In this document: piece after piece, positions 27,261 to 41,218 of the stretch
Layout: each line of letters begins with the position of its first letter
How positions within the stretch are numbered: the stretch's first letter is position 1
Origin: Lama guanicoe
Lineage: Eukaryota
Reading direction: 5' to 3'
Assembly: GCA_013239625.1 (NCBI GenBank)
Contig: MU056000.1
Span: 13,975,787-14,039,786, forward strand
Length of the DNA stretch: 64,000 nt
The notes under the pieces: generated by a model
The model's input: only the letters and a program-made list of their open reading frames with translations
Database searches by the model: none
What the model was told of the DNA's origin: nothing
Program-made: the position numbers and the translations under genes

Positions 27261-28640
27261 AAAGAGCCTACCTTGGGTTTGTGTGTGTACCAGGACTTTT
27301 CTCATTTATCGCACTACAATTTCTGGCTTGATAAAATTACCAGTGCTACTCACATGTAGACTATCTCTTTTATTACTAATATTATGATTATAGAACATTA
27401 AGAACTTTTTCCGTGATGTCTTAACACTTGCTTCATACTCACAGTCAACTTTCCAACTTGTTTAGTAGGTAAGATACTTCGCAAAAATGATGGGTTAGGA
27501 GGCATTTTCATTTTGTTCCTCATTGAAAAAAATTAAAATCCATAGTAGGTACCCAGGTCAGACTCTTAAGTGTAAAAACCCAAACTGTGGTGAAAAAAAT
27601 TATAAAATATAACAGTCAAATCTTCGCTCTTATAGGAAAAATGCTGATAGTACTGCCTATAAGAATTACTAGGATTCAGGAAAAGCGGTCTAGATAGAAA
27701 GTGGTAAAATAATGGCCATCTTTTAAGTAACCACACTTACAAAATCCTCAGGTTTTAAAACTTACTCTGGCCTTACACAGTGATTTAGACTAAACATTTT
27801 TAATGTCTTGACAGTAGCCCCAAAGCAACCATTCCACGGAGAAAGCCAGGGAAGGTAAATAATGACAGATCACGTGTCATTTACGGTGACAGGATGGATC
27901 ACCACACGTAAGGAAAGGAGTGCCCTGCCTGGCTTGAGCTGTCATTAAAGTCCAAGCTTGGTAAGTGAGAGCTGAGACACAAGAATGACAAGTGACAAGT
28001 GAAATAAAGAACACTGAGAAAAGGAGAAAGGAAAGAAATAGAGGTAGCATAGTGATGCTGACTAACTGATGGTTTAAAGTAGAATAAGGAAGTGAGCAGA
28101 GCAGAAAAGAGTTCCAGGGAGAAAAAGAAAATATACTAACTATCCACCCAGGTCGAAAAGTATGGTCACTATCAATTACACCCAGCCCTATACAGTTGGT
28201 CTCATGGGTATTAGGCAATTCTGTTTGTGTGCAAAGCAAAGAACAGCAAATTACCCTCTACCATTGTACTTTGGTGGCATCTGAAGGCATCAGCCTGCCT
28301 TTGAGTACTCAGATTGCTGGCAGAAGGAAGAAGAGGTAGATGAACAGCACAGCTCAACCAAAAGTCAACCTGAATACAGCAGGAGTAGTTAAACAGCAGG
28401 GGTGGAAGATCAATCCCTTCACCAATTGTTCAGAGATTCTTTACCAAGGAGAATTGGTAAGGAAGTTTTAGATCAAAAGGAAAATATATACTTATCTTAC
28501 TTTCTTATTTATTTGAAGCTTTGATGGGAACATTTTGAGAACCATGGGTGCTTTTGGAAGTTCTTTTACATTAGGAAAAAGAGGCTTTTTTTTTCATTAA
28601 AATATATAAATCATAAAAACATAGAACTCTGTAGGGGATG

Positions 28641-29139
28641 TGTTATGAGTTCAACTGTTTCCCCTCAACGTTCATATGTTGAATTTCTAAACTTTTGTAC
28701 TTTGAGAGGTGACCTTCTTTGGAAATAGGGTCATTATAGATGTAATTAATTAAAATGAAGTCATACTGCAGTAGGTTGGGCCCCTACTCTCATATGACAA
28801 GTGCCCTTATAAAAACAGGAAATTTGGAGGGATACAGACAGACAGACAGACAGACACACACACACACACACATACAGGAGTACATTATGTGAAGATGAAG
28901 GCAAAGATCAAGGTGATATTTCCACCAGCCCAGGTAAGCCATAGGTAGTCAGCAAATCATTAGAATCTAGAGGAGAGGCCTGGAAAAGAGTCTTCCCCAG
29001 AGCTTTAAGAGGGAACATGGCCCTGCTGCTACCTTGACCTCAGACATCCAGCTTTAGGAACAGTGATACAATAAATTTTTGTTATTTAAGCTACCCTGTT
29101 GGAGGTACTTTGGTACAGCAGCCCTAGCAAATGAATACA
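28641..29139 (+). mobile_element. MLT1C-like MaLR solo LTR
   Basis: TG...CA termini (tgttatgagttcaactg ... gcagccctagcaaatgaataca), AATAAA near the 3' end, typical MLT1 blocks, internal (GACA)n(CA)n microsatellite. Confidence 0.9.
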
Positions 29140-31799
29140 TTGTGTTACCATTGCAGTGGGAAGAAGTGACATTTATTCTCAGAATTTATAGTTGTTCTTT
29201 AACTGACTTTGGACAAGAGTCTGAAGTTACAAGCCAAGAAAAGAACGATGAATCATATCCTAAGCTGTTTGATGCCAGATACATCATACATGAGACAAAA
29301 TCAAAAGTTAATCTTGCAAGTAGATAAAATTAAATTAGGTCAAAATTAGTGGTATTTGCTTTTTTTTTTTTTTTGACTATTAGGCATTACTAGTGATCTA
29401 CCTGTTGGTGTTTCTAGGTAGATTAATCAGTCATGTTGGTCATTTTAAGGAAGAATTTTTATTCCTGGTTAAAAGTTTAAATGAAAAAAAAAATTATCAG
29501 TATGGATACATCTATGTCTGAGAAAATTACCCCACACTGGACAATTCAGTTCCTTTGTTCATGTTATAGGCCCTCACTGCATAAATAGTAGAAAAGAGAA
29601 AATTATTATCCTCTACAGTGCTAGATTTCCAAGGAAAAATATATAAAGTGATACTTAAAAATCCACTATTCCACTAGAATGTCAAAATAAGAATCTAATC
29701 TTCTCTTGAAATTATTATAGATGGATTTGGTGAATAGATACTAAACATACAGTCCCTCCCTACATAATTGGCTTCCAATCAAAGAAAAGTTTAAAAAGTG
29801 CTACATAAGCTTTCTCAATTTTTACAACTGTTTCCATTAAAAGCAATAACCACAAACAAATTGCATTTGAGAGTTTCACTGGTTATTCCATGTACAATAT
29901 TTTCATGTTAAATAGTTCCTATGGTGTACTTTTAGCTAATCCCATATTAGGGATTAGAGCTTCTCAGCTGATGTTTTAAACAAATCTGAAAAGATTCAAG
30001 CGCATAAAAAAGCTTTCAAGATATCTTTTCTGCAGTAAAACTTAAGTCTTGTTTCCCTTGGGGACTGCCCTGTGTCATTCTTTTCATTTGGTTTCTTTTT
30101 GTATTGCTATTTTATAAACAGCACACATTTTGTAAAGTTACATATCAACGAGAAACAGAGTGAACTTTCTCGAAAGTCTCTAAAGACCAATTTGAAATAT
30201 TTAATAAGGCATTTTAATACCAAGCAAATATTCTCTGAGGTTGCAAATCATTATGCATGACTTGTCAGGGTTCACAGCTCTGTTAAAATCTCAAGTGAAT
30301 TAACATTGAGCAAAAACTCTGAGTAAAAATAAGCTGGAGATTTATGAAGGCTGAGAGTATCTGAAGGAATCTCTTAGGGCTTAATTCTCAGATGATTTTT
30401 CCAGGGACTGTGAAAAAGCAATAGTCGTCAAGATACAACTTAAATTTCATTCTACACTGGAGGACTGTAATTTCACCAACAGAGCAATAACACAGTATTC
30501 CAGTCATCACATAATTTGATAAAGCTTTGAGTATTCACCCAAGAGTTATTGGATTAAAACAACAACAACAAAACCTTTGCAGGAACTCTTATGAAATATC
30601 TGGGAAACAAAGAAAAAAATCACTAACATATAATTGTATACGTTAAATCACAGCTATTGTGACTTTCTGTGTACTTTCAATTAGATCCTTTTTATGGAAC
30701 TACCTAATGCGAAATTTGACATTATTCAAGTAAATTTTATATCATGTCCCTTAAATGAAAAAAATAATAATTAAGGAGATAATATATGTTTAGTGACAAT
30801 GATGTAGGGACCCCCCTGCTATATGTCATTTAATTTAATAAAAAGATAAATCTACTGAGATAATTACATTCAATGACATTTTACATTTTGAGGTTTAAAA
30901 AGTTTAAATAGTTGCCAATTTGAAAATGTATATTTCAAGAGTGGCCCTATCTGTTTTGATATGTTACATTCCTTCCATACACTCAGTTGTTCCATCCAGT
31001 CCTGATCTGTCAAGTGTCAGTAGTTACAGTATCTTCTGCCTTTTTCTTGTGCGTTTCCTTGGTAGTATGTAATGGCAGTCCAGATGCATCTACTTGGAGA
31101 GAGGCAGCATTATAGCTCACACTCCCCACACACATCATAGCCAAAGACCAAATCAGTAAATATATTTTGTGAGATGAAGGTGTGTATGAAATACCTAGGG
31201 AGAAGCAATCTACAGATACCGGCAGCAACGTTGGGCTCTTCTGTACCCTTACAGAATGCTCACAATCCTCTTGATCTCTGTACAGAGTAAATGGGCTGCT
31301 GTAAAAAGTTACTAGACTATCATATTCGCACCAGTCTTATGTATCTTCTAAATACATTTGCATGTTGCTCTCACATTAGTTTCCTACCCTGTTCTGCTCT
31401 GTTTGCTAGAACCTAACACCTGTCATTGACATTGATTAGTGTTTCCCATGTCCATGCACGGAAGCCCAGCTCCTGGGGTCAGGTAACACTACCCTCCCAG
31501 CCTCAGGGATGCTAACCTCTTTCAGAGGTTGCCTATTTCGTCCACTATTTGGCTTTTCATTTCTCCTACCATTTTTCAACTCGTCCCACAGACTCATTCT
31601 ACTGAATTAAATGGCAATGGGTTTGGTCTTCCTGATTAAAGTCCAAGGCATTTTATTAACAGGTTTCTTCCCAGCTATCCTTCGACGCTTTTCTGAATAA
31701 TGACTATACTTTACCAAATACAAAGATTAGGCTCTGTACTTGATTTTAATATAGTTAGTACTTTCAAATGAGAATCTGGATGTTCTTTACATTTAATAA

Positions 31800-32273
31800 T
31801 GAGAATCAGTTCTAGAAACCAATCCGTTATCTATAATAACCAGCCCAGGATCCAGGCTGCTCTCTGTAAGCCAGATTGTAGGAAATCAAATCACTCTCAC
31901 TAGCAACAATCCAGAAAGTCAAATAATAACAATCAGTCTCAAATGGCCACAACCTGATTAGTAACTTCCAGTTTCCCTAATTTTTCTCCACTTTCAACTT
32001 AAGATCAATCAGATAAGGCAAATTATGCATCCTTAACCAATCATGTAGCATGAACTGTTTCGACTTAACCCACCTACAGAATCCCCATATCAATGACCTC
32101 CAATCATAACATTCTTGAAGCATTTCCTTTTGTCCACTATAAAGCTTTCCCATTCCCCTGCCTGCCTTCAAGCCTCTAGCAAAATACAAGCGATAACGCT
32201 TAACTTGCATAGCAAACTCTGAATAAATGGATTTTGCCTGTTCTCATTTGGTTGGTCTTAATTTATTTCCATA
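31800..32273 (+). mobile_element. ERV1-class solo LTR (family not assigned)
   Basis: LTR layout: CCAAT boxes (aaccaatca), TATA-like ctataaag at about 32137, AATAAA at about 32222 and a short T-rich U5. The 5' boundary is uncertain. Confidence 0.6.
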
Positions 32274-32574
32274 AGTTATACAAAATTTAGAAGTAATAAG
32301 CACTATTTAATTATACAAGAAATTATTCTCCCCAAATCCAATTAATGTGACTTGAATAATTTGAAAAGATGAAAATGCCTTAATTCTAAGCTTTAGTCCA
32401 CAAAATGAGAATTTTTAAAGTGTCAAGATCAAATGACTTCAGAATTCTTTAACATGATGGCACATTTTCTACTCATTATTCTCCATATCCAATATATTCT
32501 TTTATCTAGAAATAGTATATGGTTTACTATTTTGCTGATGTTAATAATAAATATTTCTAATGCATAAATACACT

Positions 32575-34260
32575 GTATGTCCATGCTACACAAAGTGATC
32601 TACAGAGTCAATGCAATCTCTATCAAAATCCCTAAATACCTATGGAAATATAAAAGATCACGGATAGCAAAAGTGAGCTTGAACAAGAACAAAAAACCTG
32701 GAGGCATCACGCTTTCTGATTTCAAAATATATTACAAAACAACAGTAATTAAAACAGTGTGGTGTTGGGATAAAAACAGATATACCCCAATGGAACAGAA
32801 TAAAGATCCCAGAAATAAACTAAGACATTCTAGGTAACCACATGCAGAATGAAACTGGACTGTTATCTCACATTACATACAAGAAGCATCCCCAAATGGC
32901 TTAAAGCCTTAAACTTAAAACCTGAAACTGTAAAGCTACTTAGAAGGAAACATAAAGAATGCTTCCTGACATTGGTCTTGGCAATGGTTTTTTTTGGATA
33001 GGATAACAAAAGCACACATGACAAAAGCAAAAATAGACAGATGGAATTGTATCAAACTAAAAAGCTTCTGCGCAACAAAGAAAACAATCAACAGAGTGAA
33101 AAGGCAACATTTAAAATGGGAGAAATATTTGCAAGCCATATATTTGAAATGAGTTACTATACAAAATACATAAGGCTCTCATGCAACTCTATAGCAAAAA
33201 AAGAAAAAGGAGAGAGAGAGAGGACACATAAACAGATATTTCTAAAAAGAAGACATACAAATGGCCAATGAGTAAAAGTGCTCAACATCACTAATCATCA
33301 GGACAATGCAAATCAATTGTACAATGAAATATCATGTCACACCTGTCAGAATGGTCATTATCAAACAGATAAAAGATAAGAAGAATTGGCCAGGGAGTGG
33401 TGAAAAGGGAACACTTATTCACTGTTGGTGGAAATGTAAATTGGCACAGCCATTATGAAAAACAGCATAAAGGTTTTTCAAAAAATTTGAAAAAGAACTA
33501 CTGTATGATCCTGCCACCCCACTTTTGGTGTATGTGTATGTATTAAACATATAAAATGAGATAAAAGATATGATTTCATTTTAGAGGAAATAAAATCACT
33601 ATCTTGAAGAGATATCTGCACTCACAGGCTATTATTCACAGTAGCCAAATAGAGAAACAACTTAATTGTCCACTAACAGATGAATGGATAAAGAAAATGA
33701 TATAGATACAGATACAGATATATTTCAACTTTAAAATAAGAAGGAAATCCTGCCATTTGCAACAACATGGATGAACCTGAAGAACATTAGACTAAGGAAA
33801 ATAAGTCAGATACAGAGATAAATACTGCCTTACCTGGCTTATATGTGGAATCTAAAATATTCAAACTCATAAGGCAGAGAGTAGAATGGTGGCTGCCGGG
33901 GCGGGTGTGGGGAAAGGAAATAGGGACATGTTCCTCAAAGGGCACAAAGTTTCAGTTATGCAAGAGGAAGAAGTTCTGGAGACTGAACATACAGCATAGT
34001 GACTACGGTGAACAACACTGTACTGTATCCTTGACCCTTGCTAAAAAGGGCAGATCTTAAGTCTTCTCCTCATGTGCACATACACATACAGAAAATGGTA
34101 ACTTCGTGAGGTCATGGATATGTTAATAAACTTAATCATGGTGGTCATTTCACAATGTACACATATATCAAACATCAAGGAATTGCCTTAAATACAGGCA
34201 ATTCCTATTTGTCAATTGTACCTCTCAATAAAGCAGACAAATTAAAATTTAAAATAGAAA
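32575..34260 (+). mobile_element. 5'-truncated old L1 (L1MA/MB-like), ORF2 3' part and 3' UTR, with internal deletions
   Basis: Decayed ORF2 peptides ([25 protein letters not shown]); 3' UTR ends tgtcaattgtacctctcaataaagc followed by an A-rich tail. Confidence 0.92.
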
Positions 34261-34910
34261 AAATTTTAAAAGCATTTGATGTTTCCTATTTTAAGTAGGA
34301 ATGCTACCTCTTGATAAGTGTGGCTGAATGGGCTGATCTATTTGCCAGGCAGGTCAAGGATTCTTGTGCCCCTAAGGGGATGATTGGTTTGCATCAAAAG
34401 AAGAACCTTTATGGTAAGAGCTGTTTTATTCTTTTGCCTACTAGTAAGAGCTGTTTTGTTCTTTTTTATTCCTTTGTTATGTGGATTGTTTGCTTTACTG
34501 GAAACTGTTTTCTGCTTCATTCTTGTGCCCCAATGCCCCTCAGATAGAAAAAAAAATCAAATATTTTACAGTATAATAAAAATACATTTTATTTGTAAGC
34601 AAAGAAAAGTTTAAAAAAATTTCCTTGTTATGAAATCTTTAATTTAACAGTTGCCCAGGTGACTTCCCCAGGTCATTCCCTGAGTTCTTATATTTGCAAG
34701 GGCTTTTGGAGCCAAATTATTTTCACCTTCAGTGTGTGGGGCTGTAAAAGTGATCTGTCTCTTTCCTCATTAATTACTTTTTAATGTTTTCAATGCTCTG
34801 GAATTTTCAGAATCTCTTATCCACTGTAGGTAACTTAGTTTGTAGTTCTGGCTTATTTTTCAAATATGATATCTTTTTGGGATATCCTCTGTGACATGTC
34901 AAGGGGACAT

Positions 34911-35100
34911 GTATCAGAAAGAGCAGGTTAAGTTACGTTGCAATAATAATCCCAAATTTCAGAGGCATTAAACAATAAAAGTCGATTTCTCATTCACACT
35001 GCTTACTACAGTTGGGCTAGTGTTATTTTGCTGCAAGTTATCCTGTCTCAGGGACACAACTTCCTGAGCTGCCACCCTCTACAATGTTACTGCAGAACTT
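34911..35100 (-). mobile_element. Old MLT1-like LTR fragment
   Basis: gttaagttacgttgcaataataatcccaaatttcagaggcattaaacaataaaagt resembles an antisense MLT1 end. Confidence 0.45.
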
Positions 35101-36513
35101 TGTTGACAATGACTCTTGTGAATTGAAAATACTATGAAATGCTTTGGGAAAACGGCCTTTATGATACAGTGATATAAAATATTTTGTAATTGTTCTTATT
35201 CTTTGGCTCATCCACATACAACATTTCTTCTCATTTTCTCTGTTGATATACCAAAATGATTCTAAATTGAGATCAAATTATTTAAACATATGATCTAGAT
35301 CGTTTAAAATATAGAAACATAAACATATCACAAGCATGCTACTTTGGCTCTGTATAGACAGGTAAGAGTTTGCAAAGCACTCAATAATGTAAACCAAAGT
35401 ATAGACAGTAGAGGCTTATTACTCACTAGGCTGATTTTATTATTATTAATGTATCTACATATATAATTATATATAATACTATAAAATATGTATAATTACT
35501 ATTTTATATATTTTATCTATCTATCTATATATATATATAGTTCTAAAGACTGCAAATTAAACCTGGTGGAAGAGGTTTATGAAATGTTGCTTAGAATCAC
35601 TCAGTTTTGCATGGTTTTGTCAGTTGCCATCTCAGTAGCTGTTTTAATCACACAGACGCTATCAGAGTGTAAATTTAGTTACAAAGCAATTCCAAGGCTG
35701 CTGCTCTTACATCCCTTTGCTGAAAGGACAATACAAAAATATCCTAATCAATCAAATCTTGTCATTAATTGCATTTATCTTATAGAATATTTTAAATTAG
35801 AGAAGTAAAACATGATCTTAGTAAGAAAAATAAATTCAACTCCTGTGCCATTACCCTTAAAAAAAGCAATCTTAACAGAGACATGTCTCTCCATAACTAC
35901 CTGCACTCATTTAAAGGTCTATCTGGTTGTTATGGACATACTAAACAGGACTCTATACAACTTTTTCTGCACCTAACAACACATTATGGACATTTCCAGG
36001 TCAACTAGGTAAATATAATTTTAATAGCTACATAACATTCCACATTGTTCACTGAAGAATATTTAGATTATTCTAGTGGTGTTACTTTCTACTGTAGCCT
36101 AACAACTTACCACAAACAGTTGGTTAAAACAAAAACGATCACATATTCTTATATTTGTGCTTGGTTCTTCCTTGCTATATATACACACAATGCTGTGATA
36201 AACTTTCAGAGAAGTGATCCCCTTCAAAAGAAGCATGACATTTCCAATATTCTGTGGCACTTCAGTGTGACACAGCGGTGGAAGATTTAAAGAGGTCATT
36301 TAGTGAGACTCACATAATGAACTCATCAGTGAGACTGGGGAAACATTCCATTGTGATGGTGCAGGTAAATGGAATCATGGATTGTGTGGTTGCTTTGCCA
36401 AAAATAGTTCATTGTGCTACCAAAAATTCAATACTAATTTTCTTCCATGAAAAAAGTCAATGGCAGAGTCGCATTAGGATTGACTAGTTGAAATTTAATA
36501 GTATAAATGTACT

Positions 36514-39500
36514 GGAGTCCAGATCAAGACAGCAGAGCATGAAAGTCCTGAGTACCCCTCCTCCTGTGGACACACTAAAACTATAACTACATACAGAACA
36601 ACTACCTCTGAGGACAGCACGAAGACCAGCAGAACAGCTTTTCTACAACTAGGGACATAAAGAAAAGGCCATCATTGAAATGGTAGGAGGGGCAGAGACA
36701 CAGTCTAGTCAGAACCCACACCCTCAGTGTGGCAATCCACAAGTGGAAGGGGTATCACAACAGCAAGAGTCCCTCCCTGAGGTCTGAACTGCATGTTAGG
36801 CTCTCCAGTCTAGGGGATCTGCACCAAGACTGGCCCCTATAATGTCTGGATTTGAAAACAAGGGGGCTCATGTCTAGGAGAGCCAGAGGACTGCTGGAAA
36901 CTGAGACATTACAATGAAGGGCTCACATACAAACTCACTCACTCCAAGTCCTAGTGAAGAGGCAGCAGCTTAAAAAGTGCCCACGTCATATGAGAAGGAG
37001 ATTCATTGACTTGTTTTAGGACATTTGCCAAAGAAGCAGGAAGCTGATGGAACTTTCTCCAGGGACAAAAGTGCTGGTAGGTATCTTTTATTTTTTTAAC
37101 ACTCTTTTCACAAAGCTGGCCCAGAGCTAGTGAGCACCATTATTGTCACTCTCCATTAACCTAGCTAATACTATATGCCCTGCACTAGTGTTCCTTGAAG
37201 ACTGGTACCAGCAGCCCATCACATCAGCTCCCACACTGCCTCCCAAGTTTGTGGCCTCAGCTTCCACCAGTCTTTCCAAAGTAGCTCCCACCTGGGGGGA
37301 ACAGCCTGCAGCAATTACAGTGGGGCCTCACGGCCAGCAGTGTCAGGGGTCAGCCCCAGCGCATCACCACGTTCATAGGTGTTGTATCACACCTTTCAGC
37401 TAGACAAGCCGGGACCAGCCTAACCTCCCAGCGTGCCTAAAAAAGTCATGGCTGGGCCTGACACATAGGCAGGGGGCAGTCCCACCCATCAGTGCACCAA
37501 CAGCAGTTGCAGCCCAATCACAAGAGAAGGGCACCAGCCCACATGGGATGTCCTTAAAGTACCGGTCTCTAGTGACCAAGGGGGATTGTGTCACCAGGCC
37601 CCAAAGGACAGCTTCCAAGAAAGCCACTCTTTCAAGACTGGGAGATGGTGCTAATGTATCTAATATACACACAAACAAACACAGAGACTTAGACAAAATG
37701 AGGAGACAAAGAAATATTTTTCAAAAGGAAGAACAGCAGCAACAAAGCTCAGAAAACTAACTAAAGGGGAGATAAGCAATTTATCAGATAAAGAGTTCAT
37801 AGTAATAGCTATAAAGATGCTGACCAAGCTTGGGAGAAGTGGCTGAACTTAGTGAGAACTTTAAGGATAAAAAAATATTAAACAAAATTCATAATTGAGA
37901 AATATAGTAACTAAAATGAAAAATACACTAGAAGGAATCAATTGAACATTAGAAGATGCAAAAGAATGGGTCAGCAACCTGGAAGATGGAATAACAGTGG
38001 CAATCACCCAATCAGAAAAAAAGAGAAAAGAAAGAAAAATGAGGCTAGCTCAAGGGACCTCTAAGACAACATCAAGCATACAAAAATTTGCACGTTCGGG
38101 GTCCCAGCATATGAAGAGAGAGAGAAAGGGACAAAAAACTCACTTGAAGAAAAATCTTCTCTAATCTGGTGAAGGAAAAAGACATCCAAATCTAGGAAGC
38201 ACAGAGTTCCAAATAAATTGAATCCAAGGAGACTCACACCACTCACACCAAGACACATTATAATTAAAATGTCCAAAGTTAAAAATAAAGAGACTCTTAA
38301 AAGCAGAAAAACAACTAGTTATATATAAATAACCCCTCATAAGACTATTAGTTGATTGAGTAGAAACTTTACAGGCCAGAAAGGACTGGCACAATATATT
38401 TGAAGTGCTAAAAGGAAAAAGAAAAAAAAACAAAAAAACAAAAAACTTACAACCAAGAATACTTTATCTGGAACAGGGAAACGACAAATCAAAAACATAC
38501 AATAGAGTCACAAAAGTCAAAAACAAGAGAATTCAAGCATACCAGAACAGGAAGAACAAAAAGAAAGAAATAAAAAAGAAATACAAAATCAACTAGAAAA
38601 CAAGGTTTAAAATGGCAATAAATGTATATTTATCAATAATTACTTTAAATGTCACTGGGCTAAATGCTCCAATCAAAAGGCATAGAGTGGCACATTGGAT
38701 AATAAAATAAGAGCCTACAATATGCTGCCTACAAGAGATCAACTTTAGGACAAAGGATACACATACACTGAAAGTGAGGGGATGGAAAAAATATTTTATG
38801 CAAATAGAAATGACAAGAAAGCAGAGGTAACAATACTCATTGGACAAAACAGACTTTAAAACAAAGGCCACAAAGAAGATAAAGGACACTATATAATGAT
38901 AAAAAAGATCCATACAAGAAGAGGATATTACACATGTTAACATATATGTCCCCAATATAGGAACATCTAAATACATAAAATAAACATTAACAGACATAAA
39001 GGGAGAAACTGATGGGAATGCAATAACAGTAGGAGATTTTAACACCCCATTAACATTAATGGACAGATCTTCCAGATAGAAAATCAGTAAGACGACAGAG
39101 ATACTAAGAAACACAAGAGAAATAGAATAGTTAGATTTAATTCATATTTTCAGGACATTACATCCAAAAAAATCAGAATATGCATTTTTTCAAACACACA
39201 CAGAACATTCTCTAGGACAGATCACATACGAGGACACAAAACAAGCCTCAAGAAATTTAAGAGGATAGAAGTTATTTCAAGCATCTTTTGTTACCACAAT
39301 GGAAAAGAAAGAAAAGAAAGAAAAGAAAAGAAGAAAGAAAAGAAAGGAAGAAAGGAAGAAAGGAAAGAAGGAAGGAAGGAAGGAAGGAAAGAAGGAAGAA
39401 AAAAAGAACGAACTACATGGAGACAACAACATGTCACTAAAAACCCAATGGGTCAAAGATGAAATCAAAGAGAAAATTTAAAAAACACCTTAAAACAAAT

Positions 39501-41218
39501 GACAATGAGGACACAACCACACAAAATCTATGGGATGCAGCAAAAGCAGTCCTAAAAGGAAATTGCATAGTGATACAGGTCTTCCTCAAAACACAAGAAA
39601 AATCTTAAATAAACAACCTAACCTACCATCTAAAATAATTAGAAAGAGAAGAACAAACAAAACCTAAAGTCAGCAGAAGAATAAATATTAATAATCAGAG
39701 AGGAAATAAATAAGATAGAGATCATAGAAAACAATAGAAAAAAATCAGTAAAACTAAGGGCTGGTTTTTAAAAGAGTAAACAAAATCAATAAACCTATGG
39801 CCAGGCTCACTAAGATAAAATGAGAGAGAACCCAAATAAACAAAATAAGAAATGAAAGAGGAGAAATTACAAAGGATACCACAGAAATTTCCACAGAAAT
39901 ATGAAAAAAACCACAAAGGAATACAATGAATAATTATATGAAAACAAATTGGGCAACCTAGAAGAACTTAATACAGATCATTCTCAAACTTCTCCGAAAG
40001 ATGCAGAGAAGGGAACACTCCCAAACTCATTCTATGAAGCCACCATCACCCAGATAACCAAAACCAGACAAAGACATTAACAAAAAAGAAATTTACAAGG
40101 CAATATTTTTGATAAATATAGGTGCAAAAATTATCAACTAAATATTAGCAAACTGAATTCAACAACACATAAAAATGATCAAACACTACAATCAAGTTGG
40201 ATTCATCTCAGTATCACAAGGATGGTTTAACACATGCAAATCATTCAATGTCAAACCACATCAACAAGAGAAAGAACAAAAACCATATGATCATCTCAAT
40301 CGATGCAGAAAAGGCATTTGATAAAATTCCACATCCATTTATGATAAAAACTCTTACCAAAGTGGGTATAGAGGGAACCAACATAATACTCAATGGTGAA
40401 AAGTTGAAAGCTAAAATCTGGAACAAGACAGGATGGCCACTCTCACCACTTCTATTCACATAGTATTGGAAATCCTAGCCATAGCAATCAGACAAAAAAA
40501 GAAATAAAAGGGATCCAAATTGCAAGAGAGGAGGTAAAATTGTCACTATATGTAGATGACATGATACTGACTATAGAAAATCCTAAAGACGCCACACAAA
40601 AACTACTAGAGCTGATAAATGAATTCTGCAAGGTAACAGTATACAAGATTAACATACAGAAGTCTGTTGCATTTCTTTGCACTGACAATGAAATAACAGA
40701 AAACAAAAGTTAAAAAAATCCCTTTTAAAATTGTATCAAAAAATACCTAGGAATAAACCTGACCAAGGAGGTGAAAGACTTAGCAGCAAAGAATACAAAA
40801 CATTGATTAAAGGAATTAAAGATAATATAAAGAAATGTGAAGATATCCCATGCTCTTGGATTGGAAGAGTTAATATTGTTAAAATGGCCATACTACCCAA
40901 AGCAACCTACAGATTTAACACAATCCTTAGCAAATTACCCGGTATATTTTTGACAAAGCTAGAACAAATAATCCTAAAATTTATATGGAATCACAAAAGA
41001 CCCAGAATTGCCAAAGCAATACTAAAGAAAAAAAAAAGAAAAAATGAAGCTGGGGGCACAACTCTCCCAGACTTCGAACACTGTTACAGTTACAGTAATC
41101 AAAACAGCATGGTATTGACACAAAGATATATGGATCAATGGAACAGAATAGAAAGCACAGAAAAAAAAAAAAACCCACACCTACTGTCAATTAACCTTTG
41201 ACCAAGGTGGCAAGAATG
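36514..41218 (+). mobile_element. Near-full-length decayed L1: 5' UTR, ORF1, ORF2 (endonuclease and RT), 3' end missing
   Basis: The 5' UTR is about 1.2 kb and more GC-rich. ORF1 starts MRRQRNIFQ at 37698. ORF2 starts MAINVYLSIITLNVTGLNAPIKRHRVAHW at 38612. RT-region motifs [15 protein letters not shown] and YVDD (degenerate YADD) are present. There are many stops, frameshifts and deletions, and no 3' UTR or poly(A). Confidence 0.95.
39301..39408. repeat. Compound (GAAAA)n/(GGAA)n microsatellite inside L1 ORF2
   Basis: Pure-purine tract of about 107 nt. Confidence 0.95.

Noticed and set aside
38593..39114. 173-aa hydrophobic minus-strand ORF
   Set aside because: Antisense frame of the A-rich L1 endonuclease region; T-rich codons mimic membrane proteins.
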